From the NCBI GenBank assembly GCA_964396595.1, contig CAYNFR010000011.1, forward strand, positions 22,848 through 86,847: a DNA stretch of 64,000 nt, written 5' to 3'. Numbering within the stretch: position 1 is the first letter of the stretch; every line of letters begins with the position of its first letter. This document shows, in pieces, positions 9,082 to 19,576 of the stretch. This DNA is from an uncultured Saprospiraceae bacterium (GTDB lineage Bacteria > Bacteroidota > Bacteroidia > Chitinophagales > Saprospiraceae). Position numbers and translations under genes: made by a program. The notes below the pieces were generated by a model that ran no database searches, was not told where the DNA came from, and worked only from the letters and a program-made list of their open reading frames with translations.

Positions 9082-10440
9082 TTAGAAATAATTAAGAGTC
9101 ATCGACAATACACTCAGTGCCAACATTGACCCCAGTCCTAGCACAAGTGATCCCATAGTCTGGATTTTATACGCTTCTCGCACTTCTAAGTTGCTGAGTT
9201 GTGCTACGACCCAGAAAAAACTGTCATTGGCGTGCGAGACGACTGTGGCGCCTGCACCTATAGCTATGACGACCATTGCGCGCATCCCCTCGGCATCCAG
9301 ACCCAATGTCATTAACAACGGAGCAACAATAGATGCCGTCGTAATCAAGGCAACCGTAGTTGAGCCCTGTGCCGTCTTTAATATGGCCGCCAGCAAAAAT
9401 GGCATCCACAAGCCCCACGCAGAAATGCCTTCCCATGAACTCAGTTCGGATGCGATATCAGATGCTTGCAATACTTGTCCAAATGCCCCACCCGCTCCAG
9501 TAATCATCAGGATAGCCGCAGATGTCTTGAGCGCTTCTCCCATCCAACCATCACCGCTCAAGATCTTTCGTTCCCAGCGCTTAGGAATCATAAAAGCAAA
9601 TAGCATCCCGATAAACAGCGCCACCACAGGATGACCAAGTGTCTTAAAAATAGACAACTGCACTTTTATCGCCTCAGGAAATGATGGATAATCGATTACG
9701 GAGCGCGTAATAATCAATAATATCGGGATCAATACCGGCAATAAAGAACGACGAAGGCCAGGCATTTCTCCTTGACTCTCTGCCGCAGAAAGCACATCTT
9801 CATTTATCTGAAGCGGTAATTTCTTGCCAATATACTTGGCAAAAACAATCACCGCCAGCATCCCACATATACTGGCAAATAATCCCATCAGTATCACCTT
9901 CCCCAGATCCGCCTCGAGTAAACCCGCCGCAGCAATCGGTCCCGGTGTAGGAGGTACCATCGCATGTGAAGCCAATAATCCCATCGACAAAGCAACTGTC
10001 GTCCCGGCGATAGGAACACCCCCTTTAAAGCTAAGTGCCTTATTGATAGACGATAATATAATAAAACCACTATCTGCAAAAACCGGAATAGACACTATAT
10101 AACCAATCCACGCCATCGCACTGTGTAACCGCCGTGGACCGAATACGGAGATGACCTTCTGTGCTATCTGAACGGCACCTCCTGTCTTTTCTAATATCGT
10201 CCCTATGACCAAGCCGAATATGATTATCAATCCGATCTTACCTATCGTAGCCCCAAAACCCTCCGAAATCAAATCCACTATATCGATCAATGGCATCCCC
10301 ATTAATACCCCATAAAAACAAGCGGCCAAGATCAAGGAATAAAACGGTTGCAAGCCCCACCTGCTGCTCAGCAATAAAATCAACAATACAGCGACCAACA
10401 AACTAAACAATATCCACATAGTCGGATGATAAGAATCCAT
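9082..10440 (-). CDS. GntP-family permease (gluconate/H+ symporter-like)
   Basis: 452 aa with about 12 TM helices and GntP-like blocks (FGPRRLHSAMAWIGYIVSIPVFADSGFIIL, AILKTAQGSTTVALITTASIV). Confidence 0.55.
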   Translation of the reverse strand: MDSYHPTMWILFSLLVAVLLILLLSSRWGLQPFYSLILAACFYGVLMGMPLIDIVDLISEGFGATIGKIGLIIIFGLVIGTILEKTGGAVQIAQKVISVFGPRRLHSAMAWIGYIVSIPVFADSGFIILSSINKALSFKGGVPIAGTTVALSMGLLASHAMVPPTPGPIAAAGLLEADLGKVILMGLFASICGMLAVIVFAKYIGKKLPLQINEDVLSAAESQGEMPGLRRSLLPVLIPILLIITRSVIDYPSFPEAIKVQLSIFKTLGHPVVALFIGMLFAFMIPKRWERKILSGDGWMGEALKTSAAILMITGAGGAFGQVLQASDIASELSSWEGISAWGLWMPFLLAAILKTAQGSTTVALITTASIVAPLLMTLGLDAEGMRAMVVIAIGAGATVVSHANDSFFWVVAQLSNLEVREAYKIQTMGSLVLGLGSMLALSVLSMTLNYF

Positions 10441-11330
10441 CTAAGCTAGACAGTTTTTGACACTTTATGTCCTCTTCTATCAAAATAATAGAAATCGAGT
10501 ACCTATTTCTCCATTTCAAGAGGTGTGATTCCCTCCGACGGTCTTTGTGTCTTCATGGTGGTTATTGTGATATAGTTCCTTTTGGTTCTGCACCGTTTGG
10601 AATTCATCGATTCTAAGATATCACAGCACTTCTATAAACTCTATCTAGCTATGGATTAGCCCTCTGAATAGTCGGACGTAGATTTCAATAAAAACAGTAA
10701 TATTAAGTCTATAAAGAAAGTACGACGAAGATTCAGTCACACAGAGAAACTAAAGGTGATCAAAGAAGCATCTATATTTATTCATTTCGATTCCATTAGA
10801 ATATCATAGAAAGATAATATTCTAAGAAGAATATCACGCCCTATTATATATATTTTAACCTAACTACAATATAGAATACTTGTCCGATTAGACAGTTCAA
10901 GTATGTCACCCCTTCGGGGTTTATTCAATTTTTATTGTCATTAATCAATAATAATTACATCCCTTTGGGATTAAATAAGGTGCAACTTAACAAACTATCT
11001 CTGCATCTATCTGCGCAATCTGCGGGCGTAAAAACGTCCTGCAATTTCGAAAAAAAACTACTGATTCACTGTAGAAAAACCTGCATGTTTAATAACTATT
11101 GCACTAATCTAGATAAAATGCTTACCCAAGGATTCACAAAGAAAAATTATAGGACCTCAATCAACATCAGGCTAACTAATCAGTTACGATCTATATCGCC
11201 AAAAAATGCCAATCTTTATTATCCTACTGCTGTATATTGACATGAAAACATCTTGCTTATGCGCTATTCAACTTTCAAAAAATAAACAAACGAGACAAAT
11301 AAAATACGCAACAGAGCACCGACACCCCTC

Positions 11331-12080
11331 TTATCCCATCTGCTGACGCAATCTCTCATATAACACTATTCCCCCTGCCACAGCGACATTGAGCGAATCG
11401 ACGGCACCGACTTGAGGGATTTTAAACAGCTGATCACACGCGCTGCTCACATCATACGAAATACCGGATTCCTCTGAGCCGAGCACTATAGCTATCGGTA
11501 CATTTAAGTTAATGTTCTGTAACAAGACATCCGTACGCAGCGACGAACCTAATATCGTAATCCCCAATGCTTTAAGATGATGTATCAGATTGATCGTGGA
11601 GCTCTCTCTACAAATCGCAATCCGTAGGATAGCGCCCGAAGATGTTTTGATCGCATCTTCATTAATCAATGCACTGTTGTGGCCGGCTATTACCACACCA
11701 TGCACACCCAATATCTCACAACTCCGCGCTATTGCACCAATATTGCGTACATCCTGAACACCATCTAGTATCAACAAAAAAGGATCTTCGCCATTGTTAT
11801 GCGCTAGCGCAATAACGTCATCGATGGATTGATAAGCGATAATTGAGCTGATAGCGATCAATCCTTGATGATTCCGATTGGGTGCCAGTCGATCGAGCTT
11901 TATTTCAGGAACTTTTTTTAATGGAATATCTCGTTCTTTACAGATCTTGCGTAAGGTCACTTCGAGCTCTCCCCGGGTGTCATTCTTAATAAATATACGC
12001 TCTACATCTTTTCCTGACTCAAGCAATTCCATAACCGGATTACGCCCGAAGATGATCTGTTCGTCAATTTTTTTAGCCAT
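11331..12080 (-). CDS. rlmB: 23S rRNA (guanosine-2'-O)-methyltransferase RlmB (SpoU/TrmH family)
   Basis: N-terminal substrate-binding domain (IFGRNPVMELLESG) plus SpoU motifs (LILDGVQDVRNIGAIARSCEILGVHGVVI, IVLGSEESGIS, SLNVAVAGGIVLYE). Confidence 0.8.
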   Translation of the reverse strand: MAKKIDEQIIFGRNPVMELLESGKDVERIFIKNDTRGELEVTLRKICKERDIPLKKVPEIKLDRLAPNRNHQGLIAISSIIAYQSIDDVIALAHNNGEDPFLLILDGVQDVRNIGAIARSCEILGVHGVVIAGHNSALINEDAIKTSSGAILRIAICRESSTINLIHHLKALGITILGSSLRTDVLLQNINLNVPIAIVLGSEESGISYDVSSACDQLFKIPQVGAVDSLNVAVAGGIVLYERLRQQMG

Positions 12081-12100
12081 TTATATTTTCAATTTCATTT

Positions 12101-12802
12101 TCAAATATCACCTAATAATGGTCTCATGGTTATGGTTTCTAAGACTGCCGACGGCCCCATATCGAGGGCTGCTTTGACGGCGATGGCAACATCTTCCGCT
12201 TCCATCAAGCGACTTCGTTCCGCATCAAAACCCGCCCAAGAGTTACTCCATGTTGCTCCCGGAATGATCGCAGTAACTTTAATCCCTTTCGTTTTTAACT
12301 CCTCACGGAGATTCTCACTAAACCCGAGCAAGGCATATTTACTCACCCCATAAGCGCCACCCGCCGGATAAGCCTTGGTGCTAGCCACTGAGCACATATT
12401 AAAAATATGTCCTTGCTTCATTTCCACCATGCCAGGGACTATCATCCGTGTGAGATGATAGGCACTCATCAGGTTGACATCTATCATATACTCAAGAGCG
12501 CCGGGTGGTTCTGTCAATATATTACCGGGAGTAAAGTCTCCTACATTATTGATCAGCACATCTATGTGTGGCCATGCGGCCAATACTCGATTAGCAAACT
12601 TTTCTACTTGGCTCTTTTTAGAGGCGTCACATATTGAAGTGATAACTTGGCCCGCAGGATTAAGCCTTTTAAGTTCCTTATTCATGATGTCCAGGTCTGA
12701 CTTAGTACGTGCTGTCACAGCTATATTGGCGCCATGCGCATATAAGTGTTCCGCGATGGCTCTGCCAATACCTTTTGTCGCACCTGTAATTATGACATTC
12801 AT
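12101..12802 (-). CDS. SDR-family short-chain dehydrogenase/reductase
   Basis: TGATKGIGRAIA Rossmann motif, NNVG, and catalytic YGVSK (Y...K). Confidence 0.8.
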   Translation of the reverse strand: MNVIITGATKGIGRAIAEHLYAHGANIAVTARTKSDLDIMNKELKRLNPAGQVITSICDASKKSQVEKFANRVLAAWPHIDVLINNVGDFTPGNILTEPPGALEYMIDVNLMSAYHLTRMIVPGMVEMKQGHIFNMCSVASTKAYPAGGAYGVSKYALLGFSENLREELKTKGIKVTAIIPGATWSNSWAGFDAERSRLMEAEDVAIAVKAALDMGPSAVLETITMRPLLGDI

Positions 12803-12896
12803 AGATTATTCGTTCAAGTTTATTGCCTAGCGGCAAAATAAAATGGCGTAAATTCGCGGTCTATTTATACACCTCCATAGGTCGAAAACACCCTTC

Positions 12897-13637
12897 ATGA
12901 AGTTCTTAATAGACTTTGGTAAATTTATTTTATGGCTTCCTGACATCTTCTCCAAACCAGAGAATTGGCGGATGTACTATAAGGAAACCATTAGACAAAT
13001 GTACGATATAGGAATCGGGTCTCTACCGATAGTTGTGATTATTTCGGGATTCATAGGCGCAGTTACAGCTATCCAGTTCAGCTATCAGCTTCAAGGCACC
13101 ATGATTCCGAGCTATTATATAGGCTACATTGTACGCGATATCATGTTGATAGAGATGGCTGTAACGCTGACATGTATCGTTCTGGCCGGCAAGATAGGCA
13201 GCACCATGGCCGCAGAAATCGGCGGTATGCGCCAGAAAGAACATATTGACGCCATGGAGATCATGGGTATCAATACAAGTGCGTATATCGTGATGCCTAA
13301 GATAGTCGCAGCCATCATCATCATTCCTGTATTAGTAAGTGTCTCAGCGATAGTAGGTATCGGCGGAGGTTATTTTGCTGCGGTCGTCGTAGCAGGATAC
13401 ACCAATACTGAATTTGTGACTGGACTCAGATCGTTCTTTTTGCCGTACAATGTGGTTATCATGTATGTAAAGGCTTTCACCTTTGCCTTCATTCTGACGG
13501 CCGTCGCGTGTTTTCAGGGCTACTTTGTCACGGGAGGCAGTATTGAGCTGGGTCAAGCGAGTACACGAGCAGTGGTATTTGGATCGATATTGATATTGGT
13601 AGCGGATCTGGTCATTGCCTTAATCCTAATGAATTAA
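12897..13637 (+). CDS. mlaE: MlaE-family ABC transporter permease
   Basis: The MlaE/TIGR00056 pattern is present (ETIRQMYDIGIGSLPIVVIISGFIGAVTAIQ..., EIGGMRQKEHIDAMEIMGI). It is followed 1 nt later by the ABC ATPase. Confidence 0.75.
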   Translation: MKFLIDFGKFILWLPDIFSKPENWRMYYKETIRQMYDIGIGSLPIVVIISGFIGAVTAIQFSYQLQGTMIPSYYIGYIVRDIMLIEMAVTLTCIVLAGKIGSTMAAEIGGMRQKEHIDAMEIMGINTSAYIVMPKIVAAIIIIPVLVSVSAIVGIGGGYFAAVVVAGYTNTEFVTGLRSFFLPYNVVIMYVKAFTFAFILTAVACFQGYFVTGGSIELGQASTRAVVFGSILILVADLVIALILMN

Positions 13638-13638
13638 A

Positions 13639-14409
13639 ATGATTACTGCATCTAACATTCATCGATCTTTCGGTGATCACAAAGTGCTCAACGGAATAGA
13701 CTTCCAATTTGAAGAGGGTAAGACGAATTTGATCATAGGGCGCAGTGGAGCGGGAAAAACAGTTCTCTTAAAGATATTGGTCGGGCTAATTCAGCCCACC
13801 CAAGGTGACGTGTGGTATGACCAGACGAACTTGTGTTGTGTATCTCGTGATGAACTCCGTGCGCTACGCATGAAGATAGGGATGCTATTTCAAGGTAACG
13901 CCTTATTCGACAGCATGACTATTGAAGAAAACATTCGTTTCCCCCTGGATATGTTTACAAAGTTAACATACGGCGAAAAACTCCACCAGGTGAATTACTG
14001 TCTGGAACGTGTCAACCTTGAAGGTAATAATCATAAGTATCCATCAGAAATAAGTGGAGGTATGCAGAAGCGGGTGGGCATTGCGCGCGCGATAGTGCTC
14101 AATCCCAGATATTTATTTTGTGACGAACCTAACTCTGGTCTCGACCCTAAAACGGCCATTAAAATAGACGGATTAATACAGTCAATAACGAAAGACAACA
14201 ATATTACTACTGTCATAAATACCCATGATATGAACTCAGTCATGGAGATAGGTGACAACATCTGTCTGCTTTCAAAAGGCGAGATAGCGTGGAAAGGCAA
14301 TCGCTCAGAAATTCTTGACAATACGAACGAGGATTTGATCGACTTCATTTTCGCGAGTCCTTTTTTAAGAAGGTTGCGAGAGCAAGCATTACAGCAACAA
14401 GTAAATTAA
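13639..14409 (+). CDS. mlaF: ABC transporter ATP-binding protein (MlaF-like)
   Basis: Walker A GRSGAGKT, signature SGGMQKRVGIARA, Walker B LFCDEP. Confidence 0.8.
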   Translation: MITASNIHRSFGDHKVLNGIDFQFEEGKTNLIIGRSGAGKTVLLKILVGLIQPTQGDVWYDQTNLCCVSRDELRALRMKIGMLFQGNALFDSMTIEENIRFPLDMFTKLTYGEKLHQVNYCLERVNLEGNNHKYPSEISGGMQKRVGIARAIVLNPRYLFCDEPNSGLDPKTAIKIDGLIQSITKDNNITTVINTHDMNSVMEIGDNICLLSKGEIAWKGNRSEILDNTNEDLIDFIFASPFLRRLREQALQQQVN

Positions 14410-14444
14410 TCAATCCCGGCACAGAGAATCAGAATATTTATGCC

Positions 14445-15224
14445 ATGTTAAAAGCTAAAAAATCCTACGGACAAAATTTTCTGATCAATGAAGGGGTAAT
14501 AGATAAGATACTCACACAGTTCGATGAAGCCCGCACGAGTGACAATGTGCTTGAAGTAGGTCCGGGGAAAGGTGCACTGACGAAGAATTTAATTCACGAC
14601 ACATCCATTAACTTTAAAGCCATAGATGCTGATCGGGAGATGATAGATTATCTCAAACAGCATTATGAGATGACAGATGAAACCTTACTCTTTGGGGATT
14701 TTTTAAAGTTGCCTTTGGAGACGGTGTTTGATCAACAGGAGTATAATGTATTGGGAAATTTTCCATACAATATTTCCTCTCAGATCGTATTTAGGATACA
14801 TAAGTACATTGATATCGTTCCGTTTATGATGGGGATGTTTCAGAAGGAGCTTGCAGAACGCATTGTCGCCGGTCCGGGCAGTAAAACCTATGGAATTATC
14901 AGCGTTATCGTTCAGAGTGTATTTGAAGTGAAGATGCATTTTCATGTTTCTCCGGGTTCTTTTTCTCCCGCACCCAAGGTCACTTCGGCGATCATTTCGC
15001 TTAAGCGTAAAGAAAATTTTAACATACCTTGCAATCCCAAATTGTTCAGGAACGTCGTAAAAGTAGCTTTTAACCAGCGTCGCAAAATGCTTCGTAATAC
15101 ATTAAAGCCGCTGATCAAAGATCCCGATCTCCTCAAGGAGGACTTATTTACTATGCGTCCGGAACAACTGGGTTTAGAACAATATTACTATCTGACTAAT
15201 CTAATAGAAAATTCACAATCATGA
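14445..15224 (+). CDS. rsmA: 16S rRNA (adenine1518/1519-N6)-dimethyltransferase
   Basis: KSYGQNFLIN, LEVGPGKGALT and GNFPYNISSQIVF are hallmark KsgA blocks. Confidence 0.85.
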   Translation: MLKAKKSYGQNFLINEGVIDKILTQFDEARTSDNVLEVGPGKGALTKNLIHDTSINFKAIDADREMIDYLKQHYEMTDETLLFGDFLKLPLETVFDQQEYNVLGNFPYNISSQIVFRIHKYIDIVPFMMGMFQKELAERIVAGPGSKTYGIISVIVQSVFEVKMHFHVSPGSFSPAPKVTSAIISLKRKENFNIPCNPKLFRNVVKVAFNQRRKMLRNTLKPLIKDPDLLKEDLFTMRPEQLGLEQYYYLTNLIENSQS

Positions 15225-15667
15225 ATCTCGAAGAACGCATAATGCCCGACCTCAAGGAAGCAATGAAGGCTAAAGACCAAGCTGCGCTCAGAGGAATACG
15301 TGCCATCAAGGCTGCTATCCTATTGGCTAAAACTGAACCAGGATTTATCGAGCTCGATCAATCAGCAGAAATTAAGCTCTTACAAAAACTTGTTAAACAA
15401 CGTCAAGATTCTTATGACATCTTTGCCAAGCAGGGGCGCAATGACTTAGCCTTACCTGAAAAAGAAGAAATCGAAGTCATTCAAAAATACCTGCCACAAC
15501 AATTATCTACAGAAGAGCTAACACCTATCATTCAAGGGATCATTCAAGAACTGGGTGCTTCCGGCATGAAGGATATGGGCAAGGTCATGGGTATTGCCAG
15601 TCAAAAATTGGCCGGTCAGGCCGATGGAAAAACCTTGTCAAGCATTATAAAAAGTCTATTGACCTGA
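15221..15667 (+). CDS. GatB/YqeY domain-containing protein
   Basis: 148 aa with YqeY-like layout (DLKEAMKAKD...LRGIRA....Q.I..V..EL). ATGA overlap with rsmA. Confidence 0.7.
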   Translation: MNLEERIMPDLKEAMKAKDQAALRGIRAIKAAILLAKTEPGFIELDQSAEIKLLQKLVKQRQDSYDIFAKQGRNDLALPEKEEIEVIQKYLPQQLSTEELTPIIQGIIQELGASGMKDMGKVMGIASQKLAGQADGKTLSSIIKSLLT

Positions 15668-15704
15668 TTTCAAAACACCTTTTAAATTTTAATTTTCTCG
15701 TCGT

Positions 15705-18293
15705 ATGAAATATTTCCTTCTCGTATTCTCTGTTGCTCTTTTTATTTCATGTAACAGCAGCAGGACAGTATTAAAAAACAATGCCAAAGAGGACGATACT
15801 TATATAATCGTCAATTCCATGGAAGATATGGAAGAAAGGCTGCTCGAAGAGATAAAAATTTCCGCACCGAGAGGCTATGAACTCCCTGTTTATAATCCTT
15901 CGTCTACGAGAACATTTGATTTAATACACACCACTCTTGATCTGAGATTCGACTGGATAAACGAACACGTAATAGGTAGAGCAGAAATAAGCGCTAAACC
16001 ATACTTCTACCCACAAGAAACATTAGTGCTGGATGCGAAAGGTTTTGATATCCTGAGTATATCAGACACTGAGTTTAGACCCTACACTTATACGTATAAT
16101 GGTAAAGAGCTCGCCGTTAATCTGGGACGTTCATTCACCCGCAAAGATACCGTAAACCTGGTGATAGACTATATAGCTAAGCCGTCTGAAGGTGAGGAAG
16201 GTGGAAGCATTGCTATCTCCAGTGATCAAGGACTGTTTTTCATTAATCCTAGAGGCGAACAAGCCGCTAAACCCATGCAGATATGGACACAAGGTGAAAC
16301 GGAAAATAACAGTCGATGGTTTCCTACTATTGACAAGCCTAACGAGAACATGACACAGATAGTCCAATTGACCGTACCGGATTCGATGATTACACTATCT
16401 AATGGTCTGCTAACAAGAAGCCTAAAAAACGGGGATGGTACGCGGACAGATCGCTGGGAGCAAAAAGATCCTCACGCCCCGTATCTTACTATGATAGCAG
16501 TGGGTGATTTTGCAGTCGTAACTGAGAAATGGAATGACATCGAGCTTAATTACATTGTCGAAAAAGAATACGAGCCTTACGCCAAGCAAATCTTCGCACA
16601 CACACCCGAGATGTTGCAATTCTTTTCTGACTTATTGGGCTATAAGTATCCTTGGGAAAAATACAGTCAGATCATCGTGCGTGATTATGTCAGCGGTGCG
16701 ATGGAAAACACCACTGCAGTCATATTCGGTGAGTTTATCCAGAAAACTGATAGAGAGCTGATAGATAACCATAATGATCATATTGTGGCACACGAGATGT
16801 TTCATCATTGGTTCGGCGATCTCGTAACTTGCGAAAGCTGGGCGAATCTGACACTCCAAGAAGGTTTTGCTAACTATAGCGAATACTTATGGGATGAGTA
16901 TAAGCATGGAAGAGATGCCGCAGACCATCATCGCATCAACGAGCTGGCCGGTTATCTAGCCTCTACCGCGCAGACCGGCAGACATGCACTGATATGGTAT
17001 GGCTATGGCAATAAAGAAGAGATGTTTGACGGACACTCCTACAATAAAGGTGGTTTAGTACTGCATATGCTCAGACACCACCTTGGTGATGAAGCATTTT
17101 TTGCAAGCTTGAATAAGTACCTTGTTGACAATGCTTACACGAGTGTAGAGGTAGATGAACTTCGGATGGCATTCGAAGATGTATCAGGAAGAGACTTAAA
17201 CTGGTTTTTTGACCAGTGGTACAAAGCCTCAGGCCATCCTGAACTCGAAATAGAATGGGAATACGACGACGAATTAAACAGAGTTTACTATTCTGTATCG
17301 CAAGTGCAGTCTTCAGAAAGTAATAGCCCTATATTTCAATTACCTGTGACTATCCAAATATTCGCGGCAGATGGTAGCGCTACTGACGTAGAATTATGGA
17401 TAAATAAACGTGAACAGATTTTTGAAATTCCTGCTTTGGAAAGACCCGCTTTGGTATTATTTGACAAATATGATGCCCTACTCTATCAAAAAGTAGAACG
17501 AAAATCAAATCAAGAATATATCAATCAGTATAAGTGGTCACAAGCATTCCGTCATCGCCATGAAGCTGTTAATCAACTTAGAAATAAAAAAGATTTTGAT
17601 CACGTGGCACTGAAAGCGCTAACCGACAACCACCACAGCATCCGCACCACTGCACTCAGCTCATTGAGCAAAAAAGAGAACAACCATGAATTAATCTCGC
17701 ATGTTAAAAAAATGGCCATCGAAGACCCGCATTCTAGCGTAAGGGGGGCGGCGATCAAGGCACTATACCGACTATCTTATGAAAATATCGGGAGTATTAT
17801 AGATCAAGCCATTGAGAACGAGCACTCATATCAAGTATTGAATGATGGTATAGAGACCTTAAATAAAATAGATAAGTCTAAAGCAATTCAGTTGGCTATC
17901 AGCCTCAAAGATGAAAAAACCTCTATATTGACAAAAAGTGTGGCGCCACTGCTCGCCGAGATAGGTGACATCGCACATTCAGATTACTTTGAGCAAAGAC
18001 TTAATAACGTTAGTCTATACTCAGTATTTAATTTCTATGAAGCATATTTCGACCTGCTGACTCATCAGAAAGATGAAGTAATTCTGGAGAAGTGTTCTAT
18101 ACTAAAAAACATAGCCACTTCTAGCAACAATCACTTCTTTTATAGATACGCAGCGACTAATCTGATCCATAGCCTCAAGGAATTTCTTCAAGGCAGACGC
18201 TCAACCGGAACATCTGTTCTAGGCAAAATTATTGAAGATATTAAAGAAACGGAATCGCACCCAATGCTGCTTCAGCGCTACGAGAGTTTTTAA
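15705..18293 (+). CDS. M1-family aminopeptidase (aminopeptidase N-like) lipoprotein
   Basis: GAMEN motif (GAMENTTAV) and zinc site HEMFHHWFGDLVTCESWANLTLQEGFANYSE (HEXXH-X18-E). N-terminal lipoprotein signal (FISCNS). Confidence 0.85.
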   Translation: MKYFLLVFSVALFISCNSSRTVLKNNAKEDDTYIIVNSMEDMEERLLEEIKISAPRGYELPVYNPSSTRTFDLIHTTLDLRFDWINEHVIGRAEISAKPYFYPQETLVLDAKGFDILSISDTEFRPYTYTYNGKELAVNLGRSFTRKDTVNLVIDYIAKPSEGEEGGSIAISSDQGLFFINPRGEQAAKPMQIWTQGETENNSRWFPTIDKPNENMTQIVQLTVPDSMITLSNGLLTRSLKNGDGTRTDRWEQKDPHAPYLTMIAVGDFAVVTEKWNDIELNYIVEKEYEPYAKQIFAHTPEMLQFFSDLLGYKYPWEKYSQIIVRDYVSGAMENTTAVIFGEFIQKTDRELIDNHNDHIVAHEMFHHWFGDLVTCESWANLTLQEGFANYSEYLWDEYKHGRDAADHHRINELAGYLASTAQTGRHALIWYGYGNKEEMFDGHSYNKGGLVLHMLRHHLGDEAFFASLNKYLVDNAYTSVEVDELRMAFEDVSGRDLNWFFDQWYKASGHPELEIEWEYDDELNRVYYSVSQVQSSESNSPIFQLPVTIQIFAADGSATDVELWINKREQIFEIPALERPALVLFDKYDALLYQKVERKSNQEYINQYKWSQAFRHRHEAVNQLRNKKDFDHVALKALTDNHHSIRTTALSSLSKKENNHELISHVKKMAIEDPHSSVRGAAIKALYRLSYENIGSIIDQAIENEHSYQVLNDGIETLNKIDKSKAIQLAISLKDEKTSILTKSVAPLLAEIGDIAHSDYFEQRLNNVSLYSVFNFYEAYFDLLTHQKDEVILEKCSILKNIATSSNNHFFYRYAATNLIHSLKEFLQGRRSTGTSVLGKIIEDIKETESHPMLLQRYESF

Positions 18294-18303
18294 CAGATAC
18301 CGA

Positions 18304-19437
18304 GTGAGTATAAAATTTGACATTATACACGCTTCTGCTCATTCATCAGCACGAGCAGGTAAACTGACGACAGCACACGGCGAAGTTCTCACCCCGATAT
18401 TTATGCCTGTGGGCACTCAAGGAACTGTAAAAGCTGTCAATCAGATAGAACTTGAATCCTTGGGTGCACAGATAATCCTCGGTAATAATCTGCACTTATA
18501 TCTGCGCCCGGGTCACGAAATTATCAGCGAGGCAGGTGGATTACACAAATTTATCAACTGGCACAAACCCATATTGACAGACAGTGGCGGATACCAAGTG
18601 TATTCGCTGAGTGGCATGAGAAAAATTACGGAAGAAGGGGTGAAGTTTCAATCCCATATTGACGGTTCATATCATTTCTTCTCACCGGAACGCGCTACAG
18701 AAATCCAGCAACATATAGGTGCGGATATAATAATGGCGTTTGACGAATGTACCCCCTACCCTTGTGATTATCAATACGCAAAAAAATCGATGCATATGAC
18801 ACATCGATGGCTCGATCGATGTCTTGGATTCCATACTTCAAAATTACCTATACATGGATACGGTCAGATACTAGCGCCTATAATTCAAGGTAGCACATAT
18901 AAGGATTTAAGACAGGAAAGTGCTCGTTATATTAGTGAAAAAAACGCAGAGATTAACGCGATTGGTGGACTCAGCGTGGGCGAACCTGCCCCTATTATGT
19001 ACGAAATGACAGAGTGGGTATGCGATATACTTCCTTCAGACAAAGCAAGATATCTAATGGGTGTGGGCACCCCGGCTAACATTATAGAATGTATTGATAG
19101 GGGTATTGACATGTTCGACTGTGTGCTTCCGAGCAGGAATGCACGACATGGATTACTCTACACCGACCAGGGCATCATCAATATTAAAAAAGCCAAGTGG
19201 TCCAGAGATTTCAGTCCTATAGATGAAAACAGCAGCAGTATTTTATCCCGCAATCATACCAAGGCTTACTTGCGTCATCTATTCAATGCGAAAGAATATT
19301 TAGCCCTGCAGATTGCTACACTTCATAATTTGAGCTTTTACTTATGGCTAGTATCTGAAGCGCGCCAAGCCATACTCTCAGACACTTTTGCCACATGGAA
19401 AAATGAGATACTGAACAAAGTCGAAAGGCGATTATAA
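18304..19437 (+). CDS. tgt: Queuine tRNA-ribosyltransferase (tRNA-guanine transglycosylase)
   Basis: KFDIIHASAHSSARAGKLTTAHGEVLTPIFMPVGTQGTVK, LHLYLRPG and the Tgt zinc-binding region. I chose the GTG at 18304 as start. It gives (M)SIKFD.. and avoids overlap with the aminopeptidase, whereas the ORF-track ATG at 18232 lies inside the upstream gene. Confidence 0.8.
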   Translation: MSIKFDIIHASAHSSARAGKLTTAHGEVLTPIFMPVGTQGTVKAVNQIELESLGAQIILGNNLHLYLRPGHEIISEAGGLHKFINWHKPILTDSGGYQVYSLSGMRKITEEGVKFQSHIDGSYHFFSPERATEIQQHIGADIIMAFDECTPYPCDYQYAKKSMHMTHRWLDRCLGFHTSKLPIHGYGQILAPIIQGSTYKDLRQESARYISEKNAEINAIGGLSVGEPAPIMYEMTEWVCDILPSDKARYLMGVGTPANIIECIDRGIDMFDCVLPSRNARHGLLYTDQGIINIKKAKWSRDFSPIDENSSSILSRNHTKAYLRHLFNAKEYLALQIATLHNLSFYLWLVSEARQAILSDTFATWKNEILNKVERRL

Positions 19438-19576
19438 GCGTATTATACCCTTGTTTACAGATAAAGCTGATCGCTAAAAGGCATGTTAAGATATATCTTC
19501 ATTTACCTTCATACATAAAATTACGAACGAATTACTTCACCATAGCTGTCATACATCAGGGATAAGTGCCTTATAT

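Noticed and set aside
9191-10102. Several 60-150-aa ORFs antisense to the GntP permease gene (9191..9634, 9224..9436, 9824..10102, 9894..10079)
   Set aside because: They lie entirely inside a well-supported membrane-protein gene on the opposite strand. They are typical shadow ORFs of a GC-skewed coding region.
10935-11240. 101-aa plus-strand ORF in the long AT-rich gap
   Set aside because: Its composition (N/L/K/T-rich, low complexity) looks like translated AT-rich non-coding DNA. There is no RBS context or motif, and it is isolated from any operon.
18232-18303. ORF-track start of tgt at ATG 18232, which overlaps the aminopeptidase by 62 nt
   Set aside because: The conserved Tgt N-terminus begins at the GTG at 18304 (SIKFDIIH...). 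The upstream extension (MKILKKRNRTQCCF...) is non-conserved and sits inside the preceding gene.
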